Below, piece by piece: positions 13,475 to 30,320 of a stretch of 64,000 nt of DNA (positions within the stretch are counted from its first letter, which is position 1; each line of letters starts with the position of its first letter). Location: the NCBI RefSeq assembly GCF_009914755.1, contig NC_060931.1; one strand, 5' to 3'. The position numbers were made by a program, and so were the translations under genes. The notes below the pieces were generated by a model, which saw only the letters and a list, made by a program, of their open reading frames with translations, was not told the origin of the DNA and ran no database searches. Source of the DNA: the human T2T-CHM13v2.0 reference genome, Homo sapiens.

Positions 13475-14337
13475 CCCTAAGGTGGACTGGAAAGCAGTGA
13501 ATATCAAATTAAGAACATGTGTAGAAATCAAGAGTCTCTGCAACAAATTTGAAAGATCTCCTTATCTCCTGGAGTCAGGGGGCAGGTGGGATGAAAGACC
13601 AAGCCAGGCATCTGATCACAGAACTGCAGAGGAATACTTAGCCCTCACAGGCCTCGCACACCAATATCAGTGTCCTGCTACAGAGGCATGGGCCCATAGA
13701 CAATAGACCCAGAAGACAGGCTCAGGATGTAGAACTCCCACATCTTTCTGAGAGCCCCTTAACTTCCCCATGAGAAGGAGCCAGTCTTCCTTTGCATAAA
13801 ACCTTAGAAATGTCTTTACCTAAACCATTACGCCACAAGCTGATGCCAGTTTTCCTCAGAACACACCCTCTCCTCCATGCCTACAGGCCCATAGTTAAAG
13901 TTAGATTCCAGTACAGCCAGGACAAAGAAGTACCAGGGCTTCTCTGGAAAAGGATATCTATCAGAAAATGTCTACTATCACGCCAAACTCTATCGGCAGG
14001 GCCTGGGGAGAATGTGAGAGAGTAGATTGCAGGGTGCATCAGACCAAGGAGACTTAGGCATGAAGTCTGAGCAGGTCATTGTCAATAAAATCTCTGCACT
14101 CACTTCAGGCTTTGTATTTAATGTGCTGCATCCAGCTCTTGGGCTAATGTAGATCATCCGCTAGGTTGGCTAACTGAAGCTGAAACTCAACAGTGGTTTA
14201 CAGTCTGTGAAGTGCAAATCCTGCAACTACCCTGGCATGTTCTGGCAGAGATTCTCTGGTCCTATCAAGGTCATCTGGGGAACTTGCTAAAAATACAAAA
14301 AGCTACTCTGCTACTAGTCTTCTCTACTATTCTAGAG

Positions 14338-14514
14338 CAGTGGCTTTCAAACTCCAGTCACATCAGAGGCACTTGGGGGAGCCTTCAGAATTCACAAAGC
14401 TTAGGTCACCTTCCAGACCAATGAAATCAGAATCTCTGGGGGTGGCACCAAGCACCAGTGCTTTTTGAAGCTTCCCAGATGATTCTACTTGGCACACAAG
14501 ATTGACAATCACCA
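14338..14514. mobile_element. MER5A nested in the ERVL
   Basis: cagtggctttcaaact...aatcagaatctctgggggtgg...ttcccagatgattct. Confidence 0.8.
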
Positions 14515-17500
14515 GAGGAAGGAGTCCAAAGGTCCAGAGGAAGTGTTGGGTTCTTTGGAAGCGGCCCCTGCAATGTGAATTTAGGAGTCTATCACGAATC
14601 CCCCCATGATGTCACAAAGGAGTCTATCGACATTAATCAGTATACTGATGCAGTGAGAACAAGGACATTCCAGGGTGCTTCAGAGCACTGTGACCCCCTG
14701 TGCTCTGCCCACACATTTGTAAAGAGTCTCTTTATTAAACTGTCCTCAAATTAGACTAGCTCTGATCTGACTCTGACTCTAGCTCCCCATCTATGCCCCT
14801 GGAGACATAGATAGTTGCTGTGTCCCCTGGCCAAAGTGGCACATGAAGTTGAGGTGATAGATGGAGCCATGAACTGTGTCCTTCCCACAATGGAGCTAGA
14901 AGGACTGGGGGTTCAACCTGCGGTGCTGCGCCAGTCCCTGAAAACACGGTAAAGATGATAGACTCTTTAATAGACTCAACTGCTGAGAGAATTTCCTTGT
15001 TTCTTTTCTGGTCAATAAATTAGACACCAATCCAGTAGAAAAGGCTAGATGGAAGCCCCTGGAAATGCTTCCCTTCCCACTGGCCTCACCAAGACCGTCA
15101 ACCATAATAAAATACCATTTCTGTAGAGAATTTAAAAGCTAAATGTTCCCACTGAATGTTTAAAAACTGCTTGAGTAACCTATCACATCCTTGTTCACCT
15201 CGCCTGCTTGCCTAGTACAAAAGGGACATGGGTCCTGGACTCCCTCACCAGCAGTCATGTGGCTGACCCCTACTGTGGTGTGTGCAATTGACCAACCACA
15301 GAGTGTGACTTCCCACATGAGGGCGACCAGCCTGCTACCTGATGGCAAGTTGTTATCTTGGACTCCTTTCCTCGGAGAGAGATTACTGACTTCTCTTCAC
15401 AGGGACAGACACACCGTTGGTAGAAATTGGGTCTCCATTGCCTCTGCTTCTGCCAATGCCACATTCACAGTCCTGTGGAATGTCTCATCCATCTTTGTGT
15501 GGTCCTGCCCGTACTACATCTGTTCCAGAAGCTCGTTTTCTGGTGAAGGATGTGTGGCAATGCAATTCAGTGTTCTCAGCACCTGCTCTTTATCCCAGAT
15601 GCTGAAAGTTCAGTTATTATAGCAGCTGGGAGACAGCATTCTGCCAAGCTGGGTACCATCTTACAGGACACAGTGGATCCCTTAACTAGGGGCTAATGAG
15701 TGGTGCTGTATCACCTATGGTCAGACTCAAGAATCAGGGCATGGAGGTAGAAGTGTTCCTGGTTACTAATAGAAGTCTGGACAAATGTTTGATTTGAGTC
15801 CCTAGAATCTCAGCCGCATTAGATTCAGAGGTTTTATGCCCAAGCAAACTATGTTTCACCAAGAAACATAGTCATGATTCGACAATTTAGAAGCAGAGAC
15901 TTTTTCTGGGCCATTTTGGACCCTTCATATCACCAAACCAGCAAACAGAGAAAGGGCTACTCTCTCTTATCAGATATGAGAGCAAGGAGGACCAATGACA
16001 CCAGAACCAGGAGATTCCTTGTCACTAGAGAACTACGGCCATTGGTGAAGATAGAACACTCTTGACCTCATGGCACAGCTACGTGAAGATGTGGGTCGTC
16101 TCTCCAGGCAAAGGACCTGCTAGATGCAGACTAGCAGAGCATAACGAGAATACAGAAAGGCTGGAGTAAGACGACAGTGATGAGTGCAGCAGAGGCCATG
16201 TGGCGAGCCAGCTCTGACGCACAGTACTCTCCCTTGCTTTCATTCTCTGCTGCCTTACCACAGGCCCCTGGTTGCAGCTAATATTTCAGGCTTCAGGCAG
16301 GAGTATGTCATATCAACATCTCCCCATGATGATATGCTAGCTGCGGGGATTTTCTGGGTTCCCTATGTTGAGGACATGGGCTTCTTACCTGGATGAAGGA
16401 CAGCAGTGAAGGCTGAGGAACCAGTGGTACAGACTGATGAGTACTGTACACTGGCCCCTTAGATCCACAGATGCTGTGTGCCCTGGGAGCGCCATCAATG
16501 AGAACAGAGCCCGTGGGCTCTGGCTTCCGGTTTAGTGTAGACCATAGGAAGCCCTAATAAGAAATGGAAGGATGGTGAGGGGTGGAGAGTGAGGTCAGGG
16601 TCCTATGGACTAGCAACTGGCTTCCACAGAGGTGATGGGTGCCCAACACACAGCTTGCATCTTCTCTAGATCCTGGTTCGCTGCTTCGGCCCTTTGCCCA
16701 TCAGGCCCGGGGTGCTCCAGAGCACGGTGCTTCCTCACCCCCCTCCCCACACACGCCTCCCTGTGCTCTGCCCACACATTTGTAATAAGTCTCTTTATTA
16801 AACTCTCCTCAAATTACCCAATTTAAGTGTGCCATCTGTTTTTGCCAGGACCCTGACTGATACAGTTTCTCTTTTAATGAGTTTTTTTGCTATGTTTTTT
16901 TTTCTTTCTATGCTATATCTAAAAGGATTTAGGAATTTCTAATTAAAAGGAAAGTTTGTAAAAAGAAAATCAAAATGCATCTTTCTTTTCTTTTAACATT
17001 TTGGGATGATGAAATTCTAAAGAGCCATGATTTTGGATTGCAGTCTGCCAAATTACACTGTAAATAGCTTTGATTTGGAATTGTGTGCCCTAGAATCAAG
17101 GTTATTTGCAAATTTATTTTGCCAAAATCAGAAACCAGGTTTGAGAGACCCAATCCTCTTATTTATGGGAAATATTTTAACAAACTGAGCATAATTGTAG
17201 AAGGAAAGTATAGAAACATTTTTCTTGCCTGTGTATATCTAATTTGCCAACCACAAACAATATTTAAGCCATTCATTTGAGCTCATTTGCTCAGTTATTG
17301 TGGTTCCTTCAATCAGAACTATAGTTCTCTCAGCATGCTCCTGCCCAGCTGAGGATGTGAATTCAGCACAGTACTCTTAGTACACTGAGTCAGAATTTCC
17401 AAAGAATCTTCAACAAGCTAGCCAAAGAAATTAACACATTTTATTCCTCTTCAAACACATTTAAAATCCAAACACAGGCAAAAATAAAGACATCTCAGGA

Positions 17501-18084
17501 TGGAAGTTATAAAATAAGTGTTCAGAATAACATGATATTTAGTAATAACTGGACTAAAATTATTTCTTCTTTTTTCAGGTAGCAATATACTTCAATAGCT
17601 TGTTCTTGTCACTATACATACATAAAAACTATGTTGAATCACTGACTATATTCTTCTATGCTCAATTTCAGGGCTGTTTTTCAATTATCTCAATGTTCAA
17701 ACGTGACTCATTTAGACTCAGTCATTATTAAAGCCCCAACATTCAAGACGACAATAGGCGCTGAGCACTTCCACTGCCCAAAGTGAGCTAGACCCTAGGT
17801 CAACTCAGAAGTATTGGAGAAAGTCATCAGTATTGTGGCAAAAGTTATCTAAGTATGTAGCAAGATGACCTTGAAGTTCTGATGAAGGTGTGGTTCATCA
17901 TAGAGAAGCCACATGTGAGTATCAGTGCTTTCTTCTGACAATAAATTTGAACATTTTATTCAAATTGGTCAAACTTGTGAAAAGTTAAAAATTACCAAAA
18001 AATTACTTTGGAAATACTAGAAAAACTGAATGATCCTATGTTATGAGATTTTATATATAATTGCATAGTATATTTTTATATATT

Positions 18085-18950
18085 CATGGTATTGTGAAAT
18101 ATGTATTTGGTCTTTGTCCCTGTTTCCTGGAATACAAATCTTAAAATCCTTGAAATCTTCAAAGTGCTATCTTTTCTATGCTAATGTTGACTGATAGTTT
18201 CAGCGTGGGGCTGGTCATCAGAAAAAGGTATGAATAAAGAGTTGGGACTTTCAGCCCCACCCTTAACCTCCAGGGAGAAGAGAGGAGATGAAGGTCAAAT
18301 TGATCACCAAAGGCCAATGGTTTAATCAATCACACCTATATAATGAAGCTTTCATAAAACCCCAAGAGAACAGGGTTTAAAGAGCTTCCTGATAGCTGAG
18401 CACATGGAGACTGACAGGAAGGTGAACAAGAACTCATCCATGAGCCAGGAAGGTGGCCCTCCGGGACTCCACCTGGACAGAACAGAAACGTCTGCACTCG
18501 GGCCCCATCCAGACCTCACTCTGTGTATCCCTTAATCAGCCTGTTTATTCGTATCCTTTAAAATATCCTTTGTAATAAACTGATAAACATAATAAGCATT
18601 TCTTCAAGTTCTGTGAGCCACTCTAGCAAAGTAATCCAACCAAAGAGGAGGTTATGGGAATCCCAAGTTGAAGCCAGTCGGTCATAAATTCCAGAGGTCT
18701 GGACTTGGAACTGGTAGGAAAGAGGTCTTGTGGAATTAAGCCTTCGCCATGTGGGATCTGAGGCTATGTCCAGGTAGACAGTAATGGAACTGAACTGGAG
18801 GACACCCAGTTTATGTCTGCTACAGAACTGATTGCTCCCTTGCTAGTGGTGAGAAACTCCCACACATTTTGTGGTCACAGAAGTCTTCTGTGTTGATCGC
18901 TGTGCTGTAAGAGCAGAGGAAAAACACGGATTGAAGGATTTTTCAAAACA
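18085..18950 (+). mobile_element. MER21 (A/B-like) solo LTR
   Basis: gtgaaatatgtatttggtctt...gggactttcagccccac...ggccaatggtttaatcaatca...tgtaataaact. Confidence 0.85.
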
Positions 18951-18959
18951 ATTTTAAAT

Positions 18960-20680
<1,721 letters not shown>

Positions 20681-20864
20681 TTATTTTAGTCCTATATTGA
20701 ACAGTTAGGTTATTTTTCTTTGTGTTTTTTTCTTCAACAAATTGATGATATGCTAAACATCTTCGTATGCATCTCCTTTTGCTGAGTGTAATTGCTATGT
20801 CAAAAATGCCATGATTTTAGTTTACATAGATATGGCCCTACAGAGATGTTTTTTCAGTTAACAC

Positions 20865-21222
20865 TGTAGCAGGCTGATCATAGCTCTGAGAGATACGTCC
20901 TCACACTAATTCCCAGAACCCAAGAATGTTGCCTTATTTGGAAAAAGGGTCTTTTCAGATGTGATTAAATTAAGGATTTTGAAAGTAAGAAATTGTCTTA
21001 GGCTATCCAAGAGTCTCTAAATGCCATCACAATTGCCCCTGACCAAGGGAGATCAGACACACACAGGAGAGGAAGATGGGAATGTGAACATGGAGGCAGA
21101 AATTGAAGTGATGCAGCCACAAGTCCAGGAATGTCAGCAGTTAGGAGAAGAGAATACATTTCGGTTATTTTAAGCCACCAAACGTTTGGCAATTTGTTAG
21201 AGCAGCCACCAAGTAATGCTCA
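20865..21222 (+). mobile_element. MLT1 (B/C-like) MaLR solo LTR
   Basis: ccttatttggaaaaagggtcttt...gatgtgattaa...ttttaagccacc...aatttgttagagcagcc. Confidence 0.85.
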
Positions 21223-21459
21223 CTGTCACGAAAATAAGTGCATGAGAATGCTATTTTTCCCATCCCCTGCCAACATACAGATTCTCATAGAGGAAAAATA
21301 GTATATTATATATTTAGTTCATATATTTCTTCTTACAAAAAATATTTGAGCATCATGCTTAAGACTAATTTATATTTCCTTTCTCTGAACTGTTTGTTCA
21401 TGTCTTCATCCAGATTTGTATTGGACTATAATTTTCCTAGAAGTTCTGTAGACCCTTTT

Positions 21460-21787
<328 letters not shown>

Positions 21788-22373
21788 TGTAGACCCTTTT
21801 TATAGATTATGGAAAATAATCATTTTACTGATATGTTCCACAAATATATATATCCATTATTTATATTGGTATTATGATTTTTTTTCTATCCAGAAACATT
21901 GGATTTTTTTATAAAGTTAAATTTATTTTTTTTTCATTACAGCTTTACCAAGTGAAGATTACTATTAATATGATGCAATTACATTATGTTGTGGTAGTTC
22001 GGGGGTTCAGGGGGTTCATTTTGTGATTTAAATTATTTTACCTACCTTCAATTTATTTTAATATGAGTCAGTAGAAATAGAAATTAATATTTTTAATAGA
22101 AATTAATACCAACCATTTCCCAGTCAATCCATCTTTTTCTCATTGATGTGCCAACCTGCCTTTAAGATATATTAGCAACTTTAAATATATTTAGGACTAT
22201 TTCTAGATTCTCTAGTTTGTGCTAGTGGTATTTTTACTTACTCATACACTAATAGAAATTGCTTAACCACTGTTGTTTCCATTTTTAATCGGTTTTAGTA
22301 TATTGTATTCCTAGTCCCACCTGTTAAACTTATCCTGTTACATTTCAATTGCATGTGTATTGAACACATTAAC

Positions 22374-22663
22374 TTTTTTTTTTTTTTTTTGAGACAGGGT
22401 CTTGCTCTTGCCCAGGCTGGAGTGCAGTGACACAATCACTGCTCACTGTAGCCTTGGCCTCCTGGGCTCAAGCAATCCTTCCACCTCAGCCTCCTGAGTA
22501 GCTGGGACCACAGACACCCACCACTACACTTGACTAATTGTTTTTATTTTTGTAGATACACAATCTCCCTATGTTGCCCAGGCTGCTCTCAAACTCCTGG
22601 GTTCAAGTGAGCCTCCTGCCTCCCAAAGTGCTGAGATTATAGGCATCAGCCACTGTGACCAGT
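22374..22663 (-). mobile_element. AluJ
   Basis: gagacagggtcttgctc, cactgtagccttggcctcctgggctcaagc; TSD acattaactttt. Confidence 0.95.
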
Positions 22664-23538
22664 TGGAAACATTAACTTTTGAATGAACTTGTGTTTTCAC
22701 CACTTATTCCTTAAAAAAAAAAAAATTCTGTGGTCACATGACTTTAAAATGCATTGAAGTTGACATCTTTGCAATATAAAGATTTATGTATAGCCTTAAA
22801 TGGCATCAGAAAGTTTTTCTCACACAAATCTTGCTCATTTCTTATAAATTTGTTTCTAGACACATATTTTTGTAGCTCTTGTAAATGTGATTTTTCTTAA
22901 ACTTTTGATTTGACGGCCTTAATTTTGAACCCAGAAATCTTACAAAATTTTGTTATTGCTTATACTATTTTTTCAACTGATTCCTAGGTTTCCTATACTG
23001 TATGTTACTGATGATAATTCTGTACCTTCTTTCCATTTTATTCATTTATTTATTTCTCTTATTTGTTTATATTATTGCCTATTAACTTCGGAGTAATTTT
23101 AATTCATAGTGATGTGAGTAAATATCATTAGCTTATTATTAAATTTAACAAGAATGCATTTAAATTTTTAAATAAACATTAGAATCTATTCAAGTTCTAT
23201 ATCTATTCTGATTTTAATTACACTTAATTTTTACCACAAATCACTATTAAATTATATTCCAATGTATTTTTATCATTAGTGATAATTATATGAATTTTCT
23301 TTTGCTATATTAAAATACCTATTATGTTAATATATCTCCAAATATTGACTACTTATTGCATTATTTTTGTAAACTTCACTTAGTTATGGTGTACAACTCT
23401 TGTTTTGCTGCTAATTCTGATTGTTAATATTTTATTTGAAAAATTTGCATCAATATCAGCTTGTAAATTTAGGAGCTACATCAAATTTTGTTATAATTAT
23501 TTTGATGAATTTATAAATGTAGCTTGGAAGCTTGTTTC

Positions 23539-23576
23539 ACACACACACACACACACACTCATACACACACACACAC
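23539..23576. repeat. Interrupted (CA)n microsatellite
   Basis: Read directly from the sequence. Confidence 0.9.
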
Positions 23577-24406
23577 CCCTCCACATGTATACTCTGGATC
23601 AGTTTATGTAGCATTGACATTTTCAATTCTTTAATTGTTTGGTCAGTTTCCCCAATAAGTATATCTCAGGCTATATAAGTGAACATTCATGGATGTAGGG
23701 ATAGCATACAGGTCTTTGACAACTATATTTCTTCTATAATAATTTATCTGTTTGAATTTTTTCCCCTGTGGTCAGTTTTGATCATTTATATTTTTAATTT
23801 ATATTGTATAAATATATAGTTATAATTTACAGTTTTCTCACTTCTTGTGTTTCCTTATATTTTCTCCTGTTTCTCCTGTTAATGTGACAAATTGCATGAA
23901 TTATTAGATTTTCTCATATAATCAGCATGCATCTATGAGGTAAGCCCCAATCTTGGTCATGATGCATGACATTTATTATGTATTGCTACATTCAGTTGGC
24001 TAACATTTGTTTTAAAATTTTGAATCTATGTTCATAGATGAGATTGCTTTGTTTTTTTGTGTGATTGTTAATATGTTTTTGTATTGAGTTCATTCTCATC
24101 TCATAAAATGGGTGACAAAATGATCTCTCTTAATCTGTTCTGTGGAGTTTGTAAAAGTTTGGAATGTTCTAGTACTTGATTATTTGGTAGACTCTCCCTG
24201 AAAAATCCACTACTGATTGAATTTATTTAATGATTATATGACATTATCTATCATTTATTCCTGAATTAAAATATGTCCAGATTCCAATTCTTCTCTTCTT
24301 GCTCCAGTGCCACCATCCCATTTGCAGACAACATCCTCTCTCATCTGGTTTCCTGCTATAATCTCTCTCCTCATGGACCCATTTCTATCCCTGTTTTCCT
24401 AGAGCA

Positions 24407-24571
24407 GCACTTTTCAAAATCATTCTCTGCAGTGACAGAAATGTCCTATATCTGTGTTGTCCAATGTGGTAGCCACTTGCCACTTGCTGTCCAGCACTTG
24501 AACTCTGATTAGTGTGATTGATAAGCTGGTTAATTAAATTTATATTTAAATGAATACATTAGGTGACTACA
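24407..24571. mobile_element. MER3 (hAT-Charlie)
   Basis: gaaatgtcctatatctgtgttgtccaatgtggtagccact. Confidence 0.75.
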
Positions 24572-24814
24572 AAAACGACCATCTTATTACTTGCTTTGTA
24601 TTTGTCCCACTTTCCCTACTTCCCTTCTCTTTTTCCTTCTTTTCACTTGATTGAGAATTTTTGCAATACTGTTGATTTCATCTTCTCATTATAGGTTTTC
24701 CTCTAAACGATATAGTTTATTATTCTATTTTGAATATTTTAGTGATTATGTCAAAGTTAGCCACCATGGTACTTTAATATTCCTCTTTAAAATGGAAGTA
24801 TATAAGAAAGCTTT

Positions 24815-25418
24815 TTTATTATTATTATACTTTAAGTTTTAGGGTACATGTGCACAACGTGCAGGTTTGTTACATATGTATACATGTGCCATGTTGGTGT
24901 GCTGCACCCATTAACTCGTCATTTAGCATTAGGTATATCTCCTAATGCTATCCCTCCCCCCTTCCCCCACCCCACAACAGTCTCCGGTGTGTGATGTTCC
25001 CCTTCCTGTGTCCATGTGTTCTCATTATTCAATTCCCACCTATGAGTGAGAACATGTGGTGTTTGGTTTTTTGTCCTTGCGATAGTTTGCTGAGAATGAT
25101 AGTTTCCAGCTTCATCTATGTCCCTAAAAACGACATGAACTCATCATTATTTATGGCTGCATAGTATTCCATGGTGTATATGTGCCACATTTTCTTAATC
25201 CAGTCTATCATTGTTGGACATTTGAGTTGGTTCCAAGTCTTTGCTATTGTGAATAGTGCAGCAATAAACATATGTGTGCATGTGTCTTTATAGCAGCATG
25301 ATTTATAATCCTTTGCGTATATACGCAGTAATGGGATGGCTGGGTCAAATGGTATTTCTAGTTCTAGATCCCTGAGGAATCACCACACGAACTTCTACAA
25401 TGATTGAACTAGTTTACA
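24815..25418 (-). mobile_element. L1PA3/4-like 5'-truncated LINE, about 600 bp
   Basis: Canonical L1PA 3' UTR in antisense; TSD agaaagcttt (24805-14 and 25420-29). Confidence 0.95.
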
Positions 25419-25885
25419 TAGAAAGCTTTAATTACAGTCATCTCCTTTCAACTTATATGCTATTGCTATCCAGTATGTTAGTTTATCTTTATTCCTTCAC
25501 CCTATAAATTAGTTATTTTATTTTTATTGTTTTATATAGTCAATGTTTGCCTAATTTTACCAATACTTTTACCAATGTATTTAGTATTGCTTATTATTCT
25601 GCTTTGCATTTAGACTTTCAAGCACACTTTCTTTCTGAAGTACATTCTTTAGAATTTCCTTTAATGGTGTTCTGTTAGTGGACTCACACTATTTTTTTTT
25701 TCTGAAAATGTCTTTACTTTACTCCAGTTCTTAAAAAATATTTTCACTCAGTGTAGAAATCTTGCAGTTATTTTCTTTTAATATATTAAAGCTACTATTC
25801 CACTCCCTTCTAATTTTGAGCTGTTTGTTGAAAGTGGGTCATTCTTTGGTAGATCATATCCATTGCCTTCCCAGCTGCTTTTAAG

Positions 25886-26201
<316 letters not shown>

Positions 26202-29200
26202 TGCTTTTAAGTTCTTTTTTTCCTTTGATATTCTGTAGTTTTGATGACAGGACAGTGATGAGAAGAATTTTCAATGTAAACCCTTTTTTGAAAAGATATG
26301 AATTCTTTACTTGTACCATTGTTTTAATTTTAGAAAACCAAAAGGAATGGCATATACATTTTATAAATATCTATTCAGCATCAATGATGAGGATTGTCTT
26401 TTTTTCTCTTGTAATTTAGTGATGCAGTGGATTATTTGATACATGTTTTCATTTTTAGCTATTCTTTTATTTCTGTATTAAAACCTAGTTGGTCATAGTG
26501 TATTACTCTTTTGATGTATTTCTGGGTTCTTTTGCTAACATTTTCTTGTAAATAATCTGGTTTCTACTTGTCACTTTTTTCTATGATTTTACTTAAATGC
26601 TATCATTATTAAGTTTTATTATTAACATTTACTGACTTTGTAAATGAAACAGGAAGATTTATATCTTTTTTAGAGCCTAGAATAGTTTCAGTAACATTGT
26701 CAGATATTTAAAGATAATTTAAAATTCAGCTGTGAAGAAACCTGGTCTGGTGCCTTCTTCAATGTGATATATTCTATCACCTCCTGAATTTCTTCCATTA
26801 TAATTGGTCCATTAAAAGTTTTCACTTCCTTGGGTAATTTTTGTAGTTTATATTTTACCGGGAAATCATGCTAGTTATTTATCTTGATTTTCAAAGTTGC
26901 TGCCTTTCCCTTTATGTGGAAGCGTTTCCAGATTTTAAAAATTCTTTCTTTATGTGACATTCTCTTTCTCATCCCTCATCAATTCTGTATGTCTATTTTT
27001 TCTCCTTTTTCTTTCTTCAGTAACACTTGCAAGTTGTTTATCTATATTATCAGTAAAGAAAAGTTCTGTGATGATTCATCCTTCTTATTTTTGTTGTTTG
27101 CTATTTCATCAGATTGTTTTCTATAATAATTCCCACTTTCTGATTTCTTTTGATAAATTATGCTGTTCTTTCAAAAATTTCTTTTCATTACTTACCAGTT
27201 TTATTTTTCTTTCTTCTTTAATCATAAAGGCAGTTAGCAACACAAACTTTTCTTTAACTACAGCTTTTACTGTGTTACATATGGTTTTGTATAAAATATT
27301 CTTTTTATCTGATTCTGAGTAGTAATGTCCTTTAAGTAATCAGCATGGTTATCAACCTACCAACCACAGCTCTAACTATTAAGAGGTCATGGCTTAGAAT
27401 GATTTAGCATTTAAAAACCTGAGGTAAAGCAAGAAAAATAAAAAGTTAATTTTGTAGTATTTTAAGTTAAAAACATATGTGCTTTAAAAATCCTACAATG
27501 ATTTGGTTGGAAAAGATACAATATGGAAAATAATGTAGGTCAAAATAACTGCTGTGGTAACTTCAGACAAATCTGAATTCTCAAGGGTAAATATTAAACT
27601 GTTTTTAATTGATAAATGTTCACCTGTATTTTAAAAATAATCATCTTTCCATGTTGAAAACATTTCAATAACCATATTTTGATCAAGGTTTACTAAACTA
27701 ATATTATTAATGTAAAATTTCGAGACATAGACAAAAATGCTAGAGGACTGTGGCACTAAAACAGACCTCTCACTCTTTTCAACGAATTAAGGAAGATAAA
27801 ATGAAGGTCTGAAAAATAGATACATAGATACAGCCTTGAAAATTGCAGAGTTTGGATTTTCCATCAGCCCCTGTGTGTGGGAACTCACAAAAAGTTTTAC
27901 TTAGAAAAAGAGAAAGAATTGGACATGTTTGTATCGCTAGTATAGTGGATCAAATTCATTCCTTCACCATTTCATAATGTTATATTCTACACAGGAAAAA
28001 GGTGACAATTGTGTTTGCTGTTCAACAATATCGAATAGTAATAAATTGCCAAACCACTCCTCGAATTAGAAAGTGCAACTTCAAGAAAGGTAGGACATAA
28101 AAAAAAAAATATATATATATACACATTTAAAAAATAAAGTGGGCAGGTTAGTAAAAAAAAAATCAGTTGGAAAAGCTTATATGACAAAGATCTAAATCCA
28201 TGGAAATCATTCAATATTAGCACAATTAATATAATATCAATACTAATGCCCACGGAGGCCACATGTGATTGTCCTCAGAAGTGGAATGTGTGGAGGTGAG
28301 GAATCTAAAAATCAAATCATCATCTCCCCTACTACAAAGCCAGCTGATAGAACTATAAACCAAATAATCATGCAGGAGTGGCAGAAGCATACCTTGCAGG
28401 AATGCAGTTAAAAAACAGAATAAACAGCTGCAAGTGTTGAATGCAGTTGCCACATAAGAGCAGGAATCAAGGGTGGGGAGACATAAATCAAGAAACACCT
28501 CTATTCTCTTACAAGCCTGGCAATTCAATTTAACTTTTTCAAAATATGTAAAAGTACTGCAGTGACAAAAAGTAAATGGAAAGTTCCAAAAGACATATGA
28601 AGCACAACCCCAATTAGGTACTTGTGTGTGGACATACAGGCAAATGTATAGACACACACACACACGCACACACACATACATCAAAGTGTTCTCAGATAAA
28701 TGATAAAATGCTATAACAGTTCTATCACAGAGTAGTGGGATTATGGGCAAATATATTTTATTTCTTAATTTCTTTGTATTTTCGAAAATGCTCTATGCTG
28801 CTGAAGACATATTTGCATATTTTTTTATTTAAAAATTACATATTGCAAATACACGCAAGCACTGTATTAAATGCCGAGGCTGTTAAGATGAATAGGGCGC
28901 ACACAACCAGCACCCTCAATGTGATCCAGAGTGAGCCGCAGATACCCGAGAGGCAGCCCAGTGGCACACCGCCTTAGCCAGAGTCTTTCACTCCATTTCC
29001 TGGTTTGTCTTTTCTTTGTCCTTTGTTACTCTGGGGTTGTGGTGAAGGAGATAACAAACTCTCTTGTCACTAGTGGAATCTGGGAGCAAAGGCAAAATGC
29101 TCTTGATCATTGTTGTGCATTATGAACTATTAGAGGTTCATATTTCTGTCTGACATCTATAAACCTCTGCTGACTGCCCATACAGTGTAATGAAAGAAAA

Positions 29201-29983
29201 CCACATTATTTATTTGGGAAGCTATTTTTGTACTTTTCTGTGTGCATTATTTTTATTTTATATGAACTTTCTGTCCTTGAATCATTATATCCTTAAGTAT
29301 ATGTGTAGTAAAATAATTGATTTAATAGATGCTGTTTGTATTTGCTGTTATTTCTTAATAGCTATAAAATATTTTTAGGTAAATGTCATGAAAATTAAAT
29401 TATCACATTATAAAAGACAGGTATGTAATAGAGAAACAAATGGCTAATGAGCTGTGACTTGTCACAAATGGGTTATAAGTTTTATAACAAGAATCTATCA
29501 GCAGATAGGAAATGTATCTGGACAAAGACCAATTGCCTGGAGTTAGTACACAGTCTAATTTTAGACCATTTCACTTTTCTTCCCTGAATGACATGAACAA
29601 TATGATTGAGTCACTTTTGCTGAAAACAATTGAACAAGACTGACAAATGCATAATGCTTCAGACCATGAAATTCCAATTGGTCCAATCATAGATGAATTT
29701 ATCATGCCTGCAGCGATGTTATTGTAGCTACAAGTCATGTTCTCTTCCGCTGTGGTAACTACTGAATAGAAGTGGGCCAGGTTTGCAGAGTAAGTTACTC
29801 AAGCATATGTCTTCAGATAATTTTTTTAATCAGAAGATTCTTCTGTAATTTAATATCTTTTCCTCTCAATACTCTTGACAAATGCCATTACAAAGTCTCT
29901 TGACAAGAGATTTTATGCAATATTTGAAGGCGTTTCTGCTGTGATTGTGAAGAGTTGTATAGCAATAAGAAACAAAAGTTGTC

Positions 29984-30320
<337 letters not shown>

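Larger units (their letters stand above)
12503..16864 (+). mobile_element. ERVL proviral relic: LTR33-like 5' LTR (about 12503-13001), ERV3-16A3-like internal region, 3' LTR (about 16435-16864)
   Basis: Both LTRs end in ...catctgttt...ctgataca; internal degenerate pol (FTSPACLVQKGHGSW resembles RT FNSPIWPVQKxDGSW). Confidence 0.8.
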
